DNA of 64,000 nucleotides from Phycisphaerae bacterium. Its GTDB lineage: Bacteria > Planctomycetota > Phycisphaerae > UBA1845. The stretch spans positions 1,495 through 65,494 of the forward strand of contig JAJDDZ010000192.1 of NCBI GenBank assembly GCA_029260025.1. The letters run 5' to 3'. The number at the start of each line of letters is the position of its first letter. Position 1 is the first letter of the stretch. The position numbers and the translations under genes are program-made. Shown in pieces: positions 1 through 8,113 of this stretch. A model generated the notes under the pieces. It saw only the letters and a program-made list of their open reading frames with translations. It was not told the DNA's origin and searched no databases.

Positions 1-350
1 ACCGCGCTATAAAGCAAAAAAGCCCCAAACAAGAGTCGAAGATAGGCCTCCCCGTCCCCAGCAAAAAATGGAGCCTCACTAAGCAAAACCCCGCCCACAA
101 CAGAAACACCAGCAATCGGAAGAAGCCGCCTCACACTCTGACCATCAATCGCCCCCGCACGAAAATGTTGATAAGCAGCCGGCGTCGTAACAAAAAAACC
201 GACCACCATCGAAGCAGCCTGATACTTGTGCTGGTCAGGCCCAAAAACCTCACTAAGCAAAGGGATCAAGACAATCCCCCCCCCAATCCCAAAAAGCCCA
301 CCCGCAGCCCCAACGAACAAACCAATACAAGCAAAAATCAGCGTATCCAT
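1..350 (-). CDS. TauE/SafE (DUF81)-family membrane permease, N-terminal part only (gene continues past window start)
   Basis: Own translation of the minus strand from ATG (350-348) gives MDTLIFACIGLFVGAAGGLFGIGGGIVLIPLLSEVFGPDQHKYQAASMVVGFFVTTPAAY... The glycine-rich first TM (GxGGG) is typical of TauE/SafE permeases. It is not in the ORF track because there is no stop inside the window. Confidence 0.55.
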   Translation of the reverse strand, partial: MDTLIFACIGLFVGAAGGLFGIGGGIVLIPLLSEVFGPDQHKYQAASMVVGFFVTTPAAYQHFRAGAIDGQSVRRLLPIAGVSVVGGVLLSEAPFFAGDGEAYLRLLFGAFLLYSA

Positions 351-374
351 CGTAAGTATCGTCGCGCCCAGCCG

Positions 375-3300
375 TCAGTGAGTCTCAAAATACGCCTGAA
401 GCGGCTTAACGTCCAAAGGAAGCGGCGCATTCCCGTCGTCATCCTTATTAAGCGCCCGAATCCCAGCAACAGCAGCCCGCGCACCCGCAAGCGTAGTAAT
501 CAAAGGAACCTTCCGTGCATTCGCCGCAGCCCGCCAACGACCTTCCGCCGAAGCAGGCCCGGTGCGAATCGGCGTATTGATCAGCAGATGAAGTGTCCCG
601 TCCTCAATCAAATCCTTCAAAAATGGCGCATCCAGCGCATCCGAAGACTTAGAAACAAGCTTCGCAGCGATCCCCGCCTCCGCCAAAACCTCCTGCGTCC
701 CGCTCGTTGAATAAATGACAAACCCAAGATCATACAAATCCCGAGCAATCGAAACAATCCGCAACTTATCTGGATCATTCACGCTAACCAGAGCATTCCC
801 CGAAGTCGGCAGGTCAAACCCAGTAGCAATCTGAGCCTTTGCAAGCGCCCGACCAAACGTCGGAGCAATCGCCATCACCTCGCCCGTACTCCGCATCTCC
901 GGACCAAGAATAACATCAACCCCCGGGAACTTATGAAAAGGAAAAACCGGCGCCTTAATCGCCGTATGACGAGGCCGAGGCGTTTCGCTCACCCCAAGTT
1001 CATCCAAAACGTCTTGCAGCGCCTCACCAAGCATGACCCGCGTAGCAACCCCAGCCCAGGGGACCCCCGTCGCCTTAGCAACAAACGGCAGCGTCCGAGA
1101 AGCACGAGGATTCACCTCGATCAGGTAAACTGTTCGATTGAGCACCGCATACTGAACGTTCATCGCCCCACAAACTCCAAGTCGCTTCGCCAGGCGTTTC
1201 GTAGACCGAAAAAGCTCCTCGACAACGACCCGACCAAGAGAAAACGGCGGCAATACCGTCGTACTGTCCCCGCTATGAACCCCAGCCTCTTCAATATGCT
1301 CCATAATCCCCGCAACCATACAGGTCGGCGCAGGAGCATCTTCATCGTCATTCAACCGACCAAAGTCCGCCACCGCATCAACATCAACCTCAATCGCATC
1401 AACCAGAAACTTATCAACAAGAATCGGGTTATCGCTAGCGCTCGCCAGTCGATCCGTCGCCCCAAACGCCTCATCAAGAAACGCGTTAAGATCGTCCGCG
1501 TTATTACAAATCTTCATTCCCCGCCCACCAAGCACATAGCTAGGACGAACGATCACCGGATACTCAACCCGATCAGCTATTGCAATCGCTTCCGTCCGAT
1601 TCCGAGCAATTCCGCTAGGTGGCTGAAGCAAGCTAAGATCGCGCAGCACCTTCTGAAACTCATCCCGATCCTCCGCCAGATGAATCATCTCCGGCTGCGT
1701 GCCAAGAATTGGCACCCCAGCGTCTTTGAGTCCCTGCGCAAGATTCAGCGGAGTTTGACCACCAAACTGAACAATCGCCCCCTTGATAAGTCCGCCCCCA
1801 TCCCTCAAAGGCCCGCCGTTAAGTCGCTCAACAATGTTAAGCACATCCTCATGTGTCAAAGGCTCAAAGAAAAGGTGATCACTCGTATCAAAGTCCGTAC
1901 TAACCGTCTCAGGATTAGAGTTAATCATCACAGCCTCGCGCCCGCTCGCCTTAGACGCAAACGCCGCATGACAGCAGCAATAATCAAACTCAATCCCCTG
2001 CCCAATCCGGTTAGGACCTCCCCCAAGGATGACCACTTTTTCCTTATCCGTGACCCGAATCTCATCATCAAAAGCGCGAATCCCATCGACCGTCGAAAAC
2101 GCCTCCTCGTGCGTCGAGTAGTAGTAGGGAGTGCTCGCCTCGAATTCCGCCGCACACGTATCAACAAGTTTATAACTAACTCGCGTCCCAAAAGACGCAG
2201 CCCGGGTCGCTACCGTCTCTTGCGAACAGCGTCCGCTCGAAGCAAGCTGCACGTTTGAATATCCCCGCCGTTTCGCCCCAGCAAGAAGCTCCCCGTCACA
2301 GTCCCCCGGCTCACCTTCAACAAGGTCATGCATCTGATCCAAAAACCAAGGATCAATCCGCGTCAGCTCATAAACTCCCTCAACGCTCCAACCCATCTTA
2401 AACGCATACCGAATGTAGTAAGGTCGCCCCTGGCAAGGACGAGCAAGTTTATCACGCAGCACATCACGCGGGATAGGCCAAGACTTCGCATGCTGCTCTT
2501 CGGTATCCGGCGGAGCTTCCGTAGACGTAACCCCACCAATCGGACCACTATCCGTCGAGGACGAACTTGCCTCTCCATTTGCCCGCGTCGCTTTCAACCA
2601 GGCATCGTTATCATCAAGCCCAAACCCATACCGCTGAATTTCCATCGACCGAATACATTTCTGAAACGCTTCCTTAAACGTCCGACCAATCGCCATCGCT
2701 TCGCCAACAGATTTCATCTGCGTCGTCAGCGTCTCATCAGAGTCGGGAAATTTCTCAAAAGTCCACCGAGGCATTTTCACCACGACGTAGTCAATCGTTG
2801 GCTCATAACAAGCGGGCGTGGTTTTGGTAATATCGTTCGGAAGCTCATCCAGCGTATACCCCACAGCGAGCTTCGCCGCGATCCGAGCAATCGGGTACCC
2901 CGTCGCTTTTCTAGCAAGCGCAGAAGACCGAGAAACCCGCGGGTTCATCTCGATCACAACCTGCCGACCTGTCTCCGGGCAAACCCCAAACTGAACGTTA
3001 CAACCACCCGTATCAACCCCGATCGCACGAATAATCGCAACAGCGCTATCCCGCATCTTCTGATATTCCTTATCAGAGAGCGTCTGCGCAGGCGCAACCG
3101 TAATAGAGTCCCCAGTATGCACCCCCATAGCGTCCACGTTCTCGATAGAGCAGATAATCACCACGTTATCCGCCCGATCCCGCATCAGCTCAAGCTCAAA
3201 CTCTTTCCACCCAAGCAAGCTTTCCTCGATCAGAATCTCGCTAACCCGAGAAGCAGCAAGCCCCCGCCCAACGATCGTATCGAATTCGGCTCGCGTCCGA

Positions 3301-3860
3301 CAGAACCCCCCGCCTTCCCCACCAAGCGTATAAGCAGGCCGGATGCAACAAGGCAATTGAATATCATCAAGAATCCCAGCCGCTTCCTCAAACGTATGCG
3401 CAATCGCCGACCGGGGCAGATCCATCCCGATGTCCAGCATCGTTTTCTTAAAAGCGGTCCGATCCTCAGCCTTATGGATCGCCTCCGGATTCGCCCCGAT
3501 CATCGTCACCCCATACCGCTCAAGAATCCCAGCCTCAGCGCATTCCATCGCACAGTTAAGACCCGTCTGCCCCCCAAGCGTCGGCAGAAGCGCATCGATA
3601 GGAAACCCCACCGCCTTTTCCCGCGCAAGAACCTTCTCAATAAATTCAGGCGTAATCGGCTCAACATAGGTAGCGTCAGCCGTCCCCGGATCCGTCATAA
3701 TCGTCGCGGGGTTAGAGTTGATCAGAGCAACGCGATACCCCTCCTCGCGAAGCGCCTTGCACGCCTGCGTACCCGAATAATCAAACTCAGCCCCCTGCCC
3801 AATAACAATAGGCCCAGAGCCAATAATCAGAATATTACGAATATCACTCCGCCTCGGCAC
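375..3860 (-). CDS. carB: carbamoyl-phosphate synthase large subunit
   Basis: 1161-aa ORF. It has duplicated ATP-grasp halves ([42 protein letters not shown]... and ...[24 protein letters not shown]...) and a C-terminal MGS-like domain. Confidence 0.97.
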   Translation of the reverse strand: MPRRSDIRNILIIGSGPIVIGQGAEFDYSGTQACKALREEGYRVALINSNPATIMTDPGTADATYVEPITPEFIEKVLAREKAVGFPIDALLPTLGGQTGLNCAMECAEAGILERYGVTMIGANPEAIHKAEDRTAFKKTMLDIGMDLPRSAIAHTFEEAAGILDDIQLPCCIRPAYTLGGEGGGFCRTRAEFDTIVGRGLAASRVSEILIEESLLGWKEFELELMRDRADNVVIICSIENVDAMGVHTGDSITVAPAQTLSDKEYQKMRDSAVAIIRAIGVDTGGCNVQFGVCPETGRQVVIEMNPRVSRSSALARKATGYPIARIAAKLAVGYTLDELPNDITKTTPACYEPTIDYVVVKMPRWTFEKFPDSDETLTTQMKSVGEAMAIGRTFKEAFQKCIRSMEIQRYGFGLDDNDAWLKATRANGEASSSSTDSGPIGGVTSTEAPPDTEEQHAKSWPIPRDVLRDKLARPCQGRPYYIRYAFKMGWSVEGVYELTRIDPWFLDQMHDLVEGEPGDCDGELLAGAKRRGYSNVQLASSGRCSQETVATRAASFGTRVSYKLVDTCAAEFEASTPYYYSTHEEAFSTVDGIRAFDDEIRVTDKEKVVILGGGPNRIGQGIEFDYCCCHAAFASKASGREAVMINSNPETVSTDFDTSDHLFFEPLTHEDVLNIVERLNGGPLRDGGGLIKGAIVQFGGQTPLNLAQGLKDAGVPILGTQPEMIHLAEDRDEFQKVLRDLSLLQPPSGIARNRTEAIAIADRVEYPVIVRPSYVLGGRGMKICNNADDLNAFLDEAFGATDRLASASDNPILVDKFLVDAIEVDVDAVADFGRLNDDEDAPAPTCMVAGIMEHIEEAGVHSGDSTTVLPPFSLGRVVVEELFRSTKRLAKRLGVCGAMNVQYAVLNRTVYLIEVNPRASRTLPFVAKATGVPWAGVATRVMLGEALQDVLDELGVSETPRPRHTAIKAPVFPFHKFPGVDVILGPEMRSTGEVMAIAPTFGRALAKAQIATGFDLPTSGNALVSVNDPDKLRIVSIARDLYDLGFVIYSTSGTQEVLAEAGIAAKLVSKSSDALDAPFLKDLIEDGTLHLLINTPIRTGPASAEGRWRAAANARKVPLITTLAGARAAVAGIRALNKDDDGNAPLPLDVKPLQAYFETH

Positions 3861-3949
3861 GCGAGTGATGATAGCGGAACCAGCAGTAGGGCGGTAGGCC
3901 TTTCATGAAATCGCGCCGAGTAGTCAAAGCCCCAAGACCGCCAGATCCC

Positions 3950-4483
3950 TCAACTCTCAGGCACAACCCCACGGCGTGCCCTCAACGTCAAGCAACCCAC
4001 GGTCAAAAGCAACAGCGCCAACCCCACCAACCCCCACCCAGAGGCAGCCGGGACCGTAACCGCATTATCCCCAACGCAAATGGTCCCGTCCCCGGCATAA
4101 GAACCATTGAAAATATTCTGTGTGCACATCACCTCGGTCGTAACGACACACGTCGGCAAGGTATCCGCTCCGATGCAAGCCCCGCTTGGCAGATCGCAGC
4201 AGTTAGCAAACCCTTGTGAGGAGCAGCTGACCACGCCCATATCGACGTAGTCCACATCCCCGTCGCAGTCCACATCGCAGTCATTAACACAAGAGCTGCA
4301 GTCCCCCTCGGCACAATCCTTGGTCGTGAGCACGTCGGTGATACTATCCATCCCACCGCTGCCATCCGTATCAGTCACGCATGGACAAATGCCCGCACCC
4401 CAACTCATCGACGTACCAAATCCAAAAACCGAAATCCCAGCCAACAGGAACAATGAGCGAATGCCCAAGAAAGAAATTCTCAT
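3950..4483 (-). CDS. Cys-rich secreted protein with PEP-CTERM-like C-terminal anchor
   Basis: Lies inside ORF 3950..4558. I moved the start to ATG 4483, which has a GGAGG about 7 nt upstream and gives the signal peptide MRISFLGIRSLFLLAGISVFGFG. There are about 14 Cys and an acidic DCDVDCDGDVDYVD (Ca-binding/dockerin-like) motif. The C-terminus is VPAASGWGLVGLALLLLTVGCLTLRARRG. Confidence 0.6.
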   Translation of the reverse strand: MRISFLGIRSLFLLAGISVFGFGTSMSWGAGICPCVTDTDGSGGMDSITDVLTTKDCAEGDCSSCVNDCDVDCDGDVDYVDMGVVSCSSQGFANCCDLPSGACIGADTLPTCVVTTEVMCTQNIFNGSYAGDGTICVGDNAVTVPAASGWGLVGLALLLLTVGCLTLRARRGVVPES

Positions 4484-4890
4484 CGTCGACCCTCCAAACC
4501 GTGAAGCGATTCTCAGCAGAAATGGACAACGGATACGTTCCGATGCCGCAACGCCCACCCTAACCCATCCCCAACCAAAAAGTCAAGGAAAAAATTCCCT
4601 ACTTCCCGACAATACCTTTCGCGGCGGGTGCAATGCTCGTGTGGCCATGTCGGACGACAGAAAACGCCCCCACGACCCCCAATCAGGCCTCATTTTCTCG
4701 CATGAAACCCACACCCCATCGGAATGCAAGACTTGTTTGACTAGCAGCTCAAACCGGGGCAAATAATCCTTGGAACTGCATGATCGTTTTGCTACCATAG
4801 TCCGCTGTTGGACCGCACACCATCGTGGGAATTTCCGCCGAGCAAATTCGTACGGAAGAAACTCACCGCCAACATCAGAGGAGAGATACT

Positions 4891-5514
4891 ATGTCAACTA
4901 GAGCATCGCATCGCCTTGTGCCAGTTTTGGCGACAGTGGTACTGATTTCCGCCGCCGCTCCCGTCCAAGCATCATTCCATTTCTGGGCCTTCACGGAGAT
5001 TTTCTCAAACGACGACGGCTCCGTCCAATTCGTCGAGCTATTCACCGAAAGTGTGGGGCAACAGTTCGCAAACGGACAAACTTTCCAAGTAACCCAAGGC
5101 GCGAGCACAAACAGCTACATCTTCCCCGCAAACACGCCCGCACCAACAAATGCCCATCACCTACTACTCGCAACAGCAGGATTCGCCGCCATCCCCGGCG
5201 CACCAACCCCCGACTTCATCATCCCCGACGGATTCCTCTTCGCCCCCAACGGAACCCTCACCGGATTAGGCTTAGTAACACCACCCGTCGCCTACGCAAA
5301 CATCCCAACCGACGGCATCCTCTCCCTGGACGCCGACGGAACCACAACCGCCCCGAATTCACCAACAAACTACAACGGAGACACCGCATCCATCGACGTC
5401 TCGCCACAACCGTCGGTCCCGACAACAAGCACATGGGGAAGCATAGCCCTAGTCCTGTCGATCTGCATCGCATCCGCAATCTTGATCCGCCAGCGACGAA
5501 TAGCCTCAGCCTAG
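4891..5514 (+). CDS. secreted protein, lamin-tail-domain-like N-terminal region, PEP-CTERM-like C-terminal anchor
   Basis: Lies inside ORF 4825..5514. ATG 4891 is preceded by GAGGAGAG. The signal peptide is MSTRASHRLVPVLATVVLISAAAPVQA. FTEIFSNDDGSVQFVELFT resembles the LTD core. The C-terminus is VPTTSTWGSIALVLSICIASAILIRQRRI. Confidence 0.6.
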   Translation: MSTRASHRLVPVLATVVLISAAAPVQASFHFWAFTEIFSNDDGSVQFVELFTESVGQQFANGQTFQVTQGASTNSYIFPANTPAPTNAHHLLLATAGFAAIPGAPTPDFIIPDGFLFAPNGTLTGLGLVTPPVAYANIPTDGILSLDADGTTTAPNSPTNYNGDTASIDVSPQPSVPTTSTWGSIALVLSICIASAILIRQRRIASA

Positions 5515-5541
5515 CATCCTGTTGAAAAACGAAGTTTTTCA

Positions 5542-5616
5542 GTGTGGCACCGGTTTGTAACCGGTGCTGGGGGCTGAGGCACGGGAAAATGCACCAGTTG
5601 GAAACAGGTGCCACAT
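5542..5616. repeat. REP/REPIN-like inverted doublet of a 26-nt palindromic element
   Basis: gtgtggcaccggtttgtaaccggtgc (5542-5567) is itself a 9-bp-stem hairpin (gcaccggtt/aaccggtgc). A degenerate inverted copy, gcaccagttggaaacaggtgccacat, lies at 5591-5616. An identical 26-mer recurs at 57651-57676. Confidence 0.7.
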
Positions 5617-5639
5617 TTTTTCAGCAGCCGGCTAGCCCG

Positions 5640-6125
5640 CAAAAAAAACCAGCGACCACGCAACCGCGATGAGGCGACGTTCCCCGCCGTCCGCCCATCC
5701 TATTTCTTCATTCCCACATTGCGAATCCTCATTCTGCGTCCCTAGCCACGCGCGCTACTAAGAAATCCCCTTAACCGATCACGCGCCAAGTTATGAATAG
5801 GGTCCGCTGTTCGGACCACTGGGCTTTGGCTCCTCTGTTCGGACCAGGGGATTACAAAGGCACGCACGCGAGCAAACGAGAAAAGGAAATGAAATTCCAA
5901 CAAAGAACCCACCATCGCGGCCCCGACCCATCCAAAAAAAACCAGAATGTCCCCAACCCCCTTCAAAACATAAAACCTACAAACAAACCCATTATCTCCC
6001 CTTGCAACCCCAAATCGCCGATTCGCATGCAAACGAACCCATTGTCAAACCCATTCAAGACCACCTACCTGCGATCCCCGCTCGCCGATGCCCCCGCAGT
6101 CGTTGAGTATTCTGAATTCGCTACT
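5640..6125 (+). repeat. diverged noncoding paralogous block (partner 57790-58165)
   Basis: Colinear shared blocks include aaccagcgaccacgcaaccgcgat vs aaccagcgccaacgcgaagcgcaat. taagaaatccccttaaccgatcac is 24/24 identical (5759-5782 vs 57945-57968), followed by +caagttat. Also acaaacaaacccatt (5979-5993 vs 58056-58070), caaatcgccgat vs caatcgacgat, and ctgaattcgc vs cagaattcgc. The reading frame is not conserved between the copies. Confidence 0.65.
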
Positions 6126-6230
6126 TGGAATTTCTCCCCCCCCTCTTTTACCGGACGATCGCACCTCGCTATTTTCCCGCGCCCATTCTGCCGATCCCCA
6201 GTAATAGGCTACCATCAGGAGGAGTCTGCG

Positions 6231-6731
6231 ATCCGCAGCATAGTCCGAAAACTTGCGTTCTCGATGATCGAGCTAGTCATTGTTGTCGTCATTATTGGCA
6301 CCATTGCAGCGATAGCCATCCCGCGCCTAAGTCGCGCCGCAGAAGGAACAGACGAAGCTTCCCTAAAAGCAAGCCTGAAAGCCCTCAGAGGTGCAATCGA
6401 CATGTTCGCCGCAGAACACACCGATCAGTGGCCAGCCCAAGACAAGATCGCTGCCACCTTCGTCGCCCAACTGACAACCAAGACAGACATCGCCGGAGTC
6501 GCAGGGACCACCCCCGGCATACACGTCTATGGCCCCTACCTAAGAAGCATGCCCCCAGTAACCGTAGGCCCAAACAACGGGACGACGGGTGTTGGATTCG
6601 ACGAAAAAGGAAACGTCAAGATGGGAGGCGGGGACAAACTCAACGGCTGGATTTACAACTTCAAGACAGGACAAATCTACGCAAACTCAGACCAGATAGA
6701 CGAAGACGGAAAGGCCTACAAGGACTACTAA
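6231..6731 (+). CDS. type IV pilin / pseudopilin-like protein with prepilin N-terminal methylation motif (start codon uncertain, possibly ATC 6231)
   Basis: The 3' part of ORF 5793..6731 contains ...RKLAFSMIELVIVVVIIGTIAAIAIPRLSRAAEG, i.e. the class III signal pattern with A at -1, F at +1 and E at +5. AGGAGG at 6217-6222 sits 8 nt before ATC 6231. The only in-frame ATG (6264) lies inside the motif. Confidence 0.6.
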   Translation: MRSIVRKLAFSMIELVIVVVIIGTIAAIAIPRLSRAAEGTDEASLKASLKALRGAIDMFAAEHTDQWPAQDKIAATFVAQLTTKTDIAGVAGTTPGIHVYGPYLRSMPPVTVGPNNGTTGVGFDEKGNVKMGGGDKLNGWIYNFKTGQIYANSDQIDEDGKAYKDY

Positions 6732-7330
6732 AACGTATCCCGAAGAACAACCCGATCAAACGAAAGCTGCCCAGAACGCTCCCGCGCAGGCTTCAGCGCC
6801 TTACCAACCGTAACCATCATCCCGATCACATGATTCTCAGGAAGCTTAATAAGTTCCCCGACCTTCCCCGGGTCAAAACCGATCATCGGACAAGAGTCAT
6901 AACCCATCGCTTTCGCCGCGAGCATAATGGTCTGCGCCGCGATCCCAGCAGAACGCATCGCCTCATCGCGTTTCAGTTGTTCGTTACCTTCATAAAAACC
7001 ACCCATCATCCCAACCATCGCCTTAGCAGTTTCCGCAGGTGCGTCTTTCCAATAAGACTCAGGCTCCTGCTTAAAGGAATCGAGGTTAGCAGTAATGATG
7101 ACAAGGATCGATGCCTCAGAAATTTGCGCTTGATTGTAAGAAGCACCCCGAAGCTCCTGGCGAAGCGCCGGATCAGTCACAACAACAAAACGCCAGTTCT
7201 GCATATTGAAAGACGTAGGACTAAGAAGAGCCGCCGTCATCAAGCGAGTAATTTCGTCCTCGCTGAAAGAGTGACCTGGGTCGTAGTGCTTCACCGACCG
7301 CCGCGATTCAATGGCTGTAAACGTATCCAT
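6728..7330 (-). CDS. NAD(P)H nitroreductase family protein
   Basis: MDTFTAIESRRSVKHYDPGHSFSEDEITRLMTAALLSPTSFNMQNWRFVVVTD... is the classic nitroreductase N-terminal signature (RRSxR/K..., SxxNxQxW). Confidence 0.85.
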   Translation of the reverse strand: MDTFTAIESRRSVKHYDPGHSFSEDEITRLMTAALLSPTSFNMQNWRFVVVTDPALRQELRGASYNQAQISEASILVIITANLDSFKQEPESYWKDAPAETAKAMVGMMGGFYEGNEQLKRDEAMRSAGIAAQTIMLAAKAMGYDSCPMIGFDPGKVGELIKLPENHVIGMMVTVGKALKPARERSGQLSFDRVVLRDTF

Positions 7331-7482
7331 GACTCACTTTCAAAAAAAGAAAAACAGACATCATCCCCTAAGAGTATGCACCAAAAGGGCGGTCACACGC
7401 AAGAGGCCCAGAACGAAGGCCCGAAAATGAATAAAGATTCGCAGTTCGTGGTTACCGAAAAGGGAGGGATCTCGACAGCGGA

Positions 7483-7872
7483 TCAGTTCGCTTCGAGAAG
7501 TTCTTCCATGCGCTCAACGAGGCGCTCCATGCGAAACGGCTTGTTAAGATACCCATCAACGCCCAAGCTCTCCGCCCAGATTTGGTGGCGCTTACCGGCG
7601 TTCCCGGTTATCATGATGATAAAAGGACGACATCCCTTTTTCTTCCCGTCGGTCTTGAGTTTTTCAAGAACCAAAAAACCGCTTCGCTTAGGAAGCATGG
7701 CGTCAAGAACGACAAGGTCGGGATCAAAATCGTGGGCTTGTTGGAGGGCGGCATTCCCATCGACAGCGGTGATCACCTCAGCCCCACTACCGTCGAGAAC
7801 GGTCTGCAGAGCGGTAATCATGTCCGGATCGTCATCGACAATCAGGAGTTTCTTCCCTTCAAATGAACTCAC
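7483..7872 (-). CDS. single-domain response regulator (CheY-like receiver)
   Basis: KKLLIVDDDPDMITALQTVLDGSGAEVITAVDGNAALQQAHDFDPDLVVLDAMLPKRSGF...K. I moved the start to GTG 7872, which is preceded by GGAGGA with a 6-nt spacer. The track ORF begins at TTG 7926. Confidence 0.8.
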   Translation of the reverse strand: MSSFEGKKLLIVDDDPDMITALQTVLDGSGAEVITAVDGNAALQQAHDFDPDLVVLDAMLPKRSGFLVLEKLKTDGKKKGCRPFIIMITGNAGKRHQIWAESLGVDGYLNKPFRMERLVERMEELLEAN

Positions 7873-8113
7873 AGTCTTTCCTCCAACGTGCGCAAAGGTT
7901 ATCGGCCCCTTCAATAGGGTAACCAACTCCGGACGTAACGAGTGTAGGGCTCGCGGTGGCGGTAATCAAGGAGTTGATCGTCAGGTTTTGGCGCCCATGC
8001 CGAAGAGAAGGCGGGTTTACCGGTTGCTCGCTGGTCGCTAAAGTCCATCTGCGATGCGAGCACCCCATGGATCCCCCGATTGGGGGCCTGCGATCGACGA
8101 TTAGTGGAGTTCG

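Noticed and set aside
933-3908. Long plus-strand ORFs (933..2258, 441 aa; 2328..3908, 526 aa; also 165..710) opposite carB
   Set aside because: They are antisense to a confidently identified, full-length carB. Their translations are extremely Arg/Pro/His/Asn-rich low-complexity strings with no domain-like segments. This is a typical GC-rich antisense artefact.
5542-5567. Sigma-54 promoter-like sequence TGGCAC-cggtt-TGTAA inside the REP element (rpoN is in the window and pilins are often sigma-54 dependent)
   Set aside because: The -12 element is TGT rather than TGC, and the GG/GC spacing is one nt short. The match is embedded in a perfect palindrome repeated elsewhere. It also lies about 690 nt from the pilin-like gene. 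A coincidental resemblance is more likely.
5793-6230. N-terminal 146 aa of ORF 5793..6731 as a long extension of the pilin-like protein
   Set aside because: This part runs through the noncoding paralogous repeat, and the frame is not conserved in the second copy. The translation is Pro/Asn/Lys-rich with no signal features. A prepilin leader of more than 110 aa would be incompatible with the class III signal motif.
6125-8041. 638-aa plus-strand ORF spanning the pilin, nitroreductase and response-regulator loci
   Set aside because: It overlaps three well-supported genes: out of frame with one and antisense to the other two. The translation is Arg/His/Pro-rich nonsense-like sequence.
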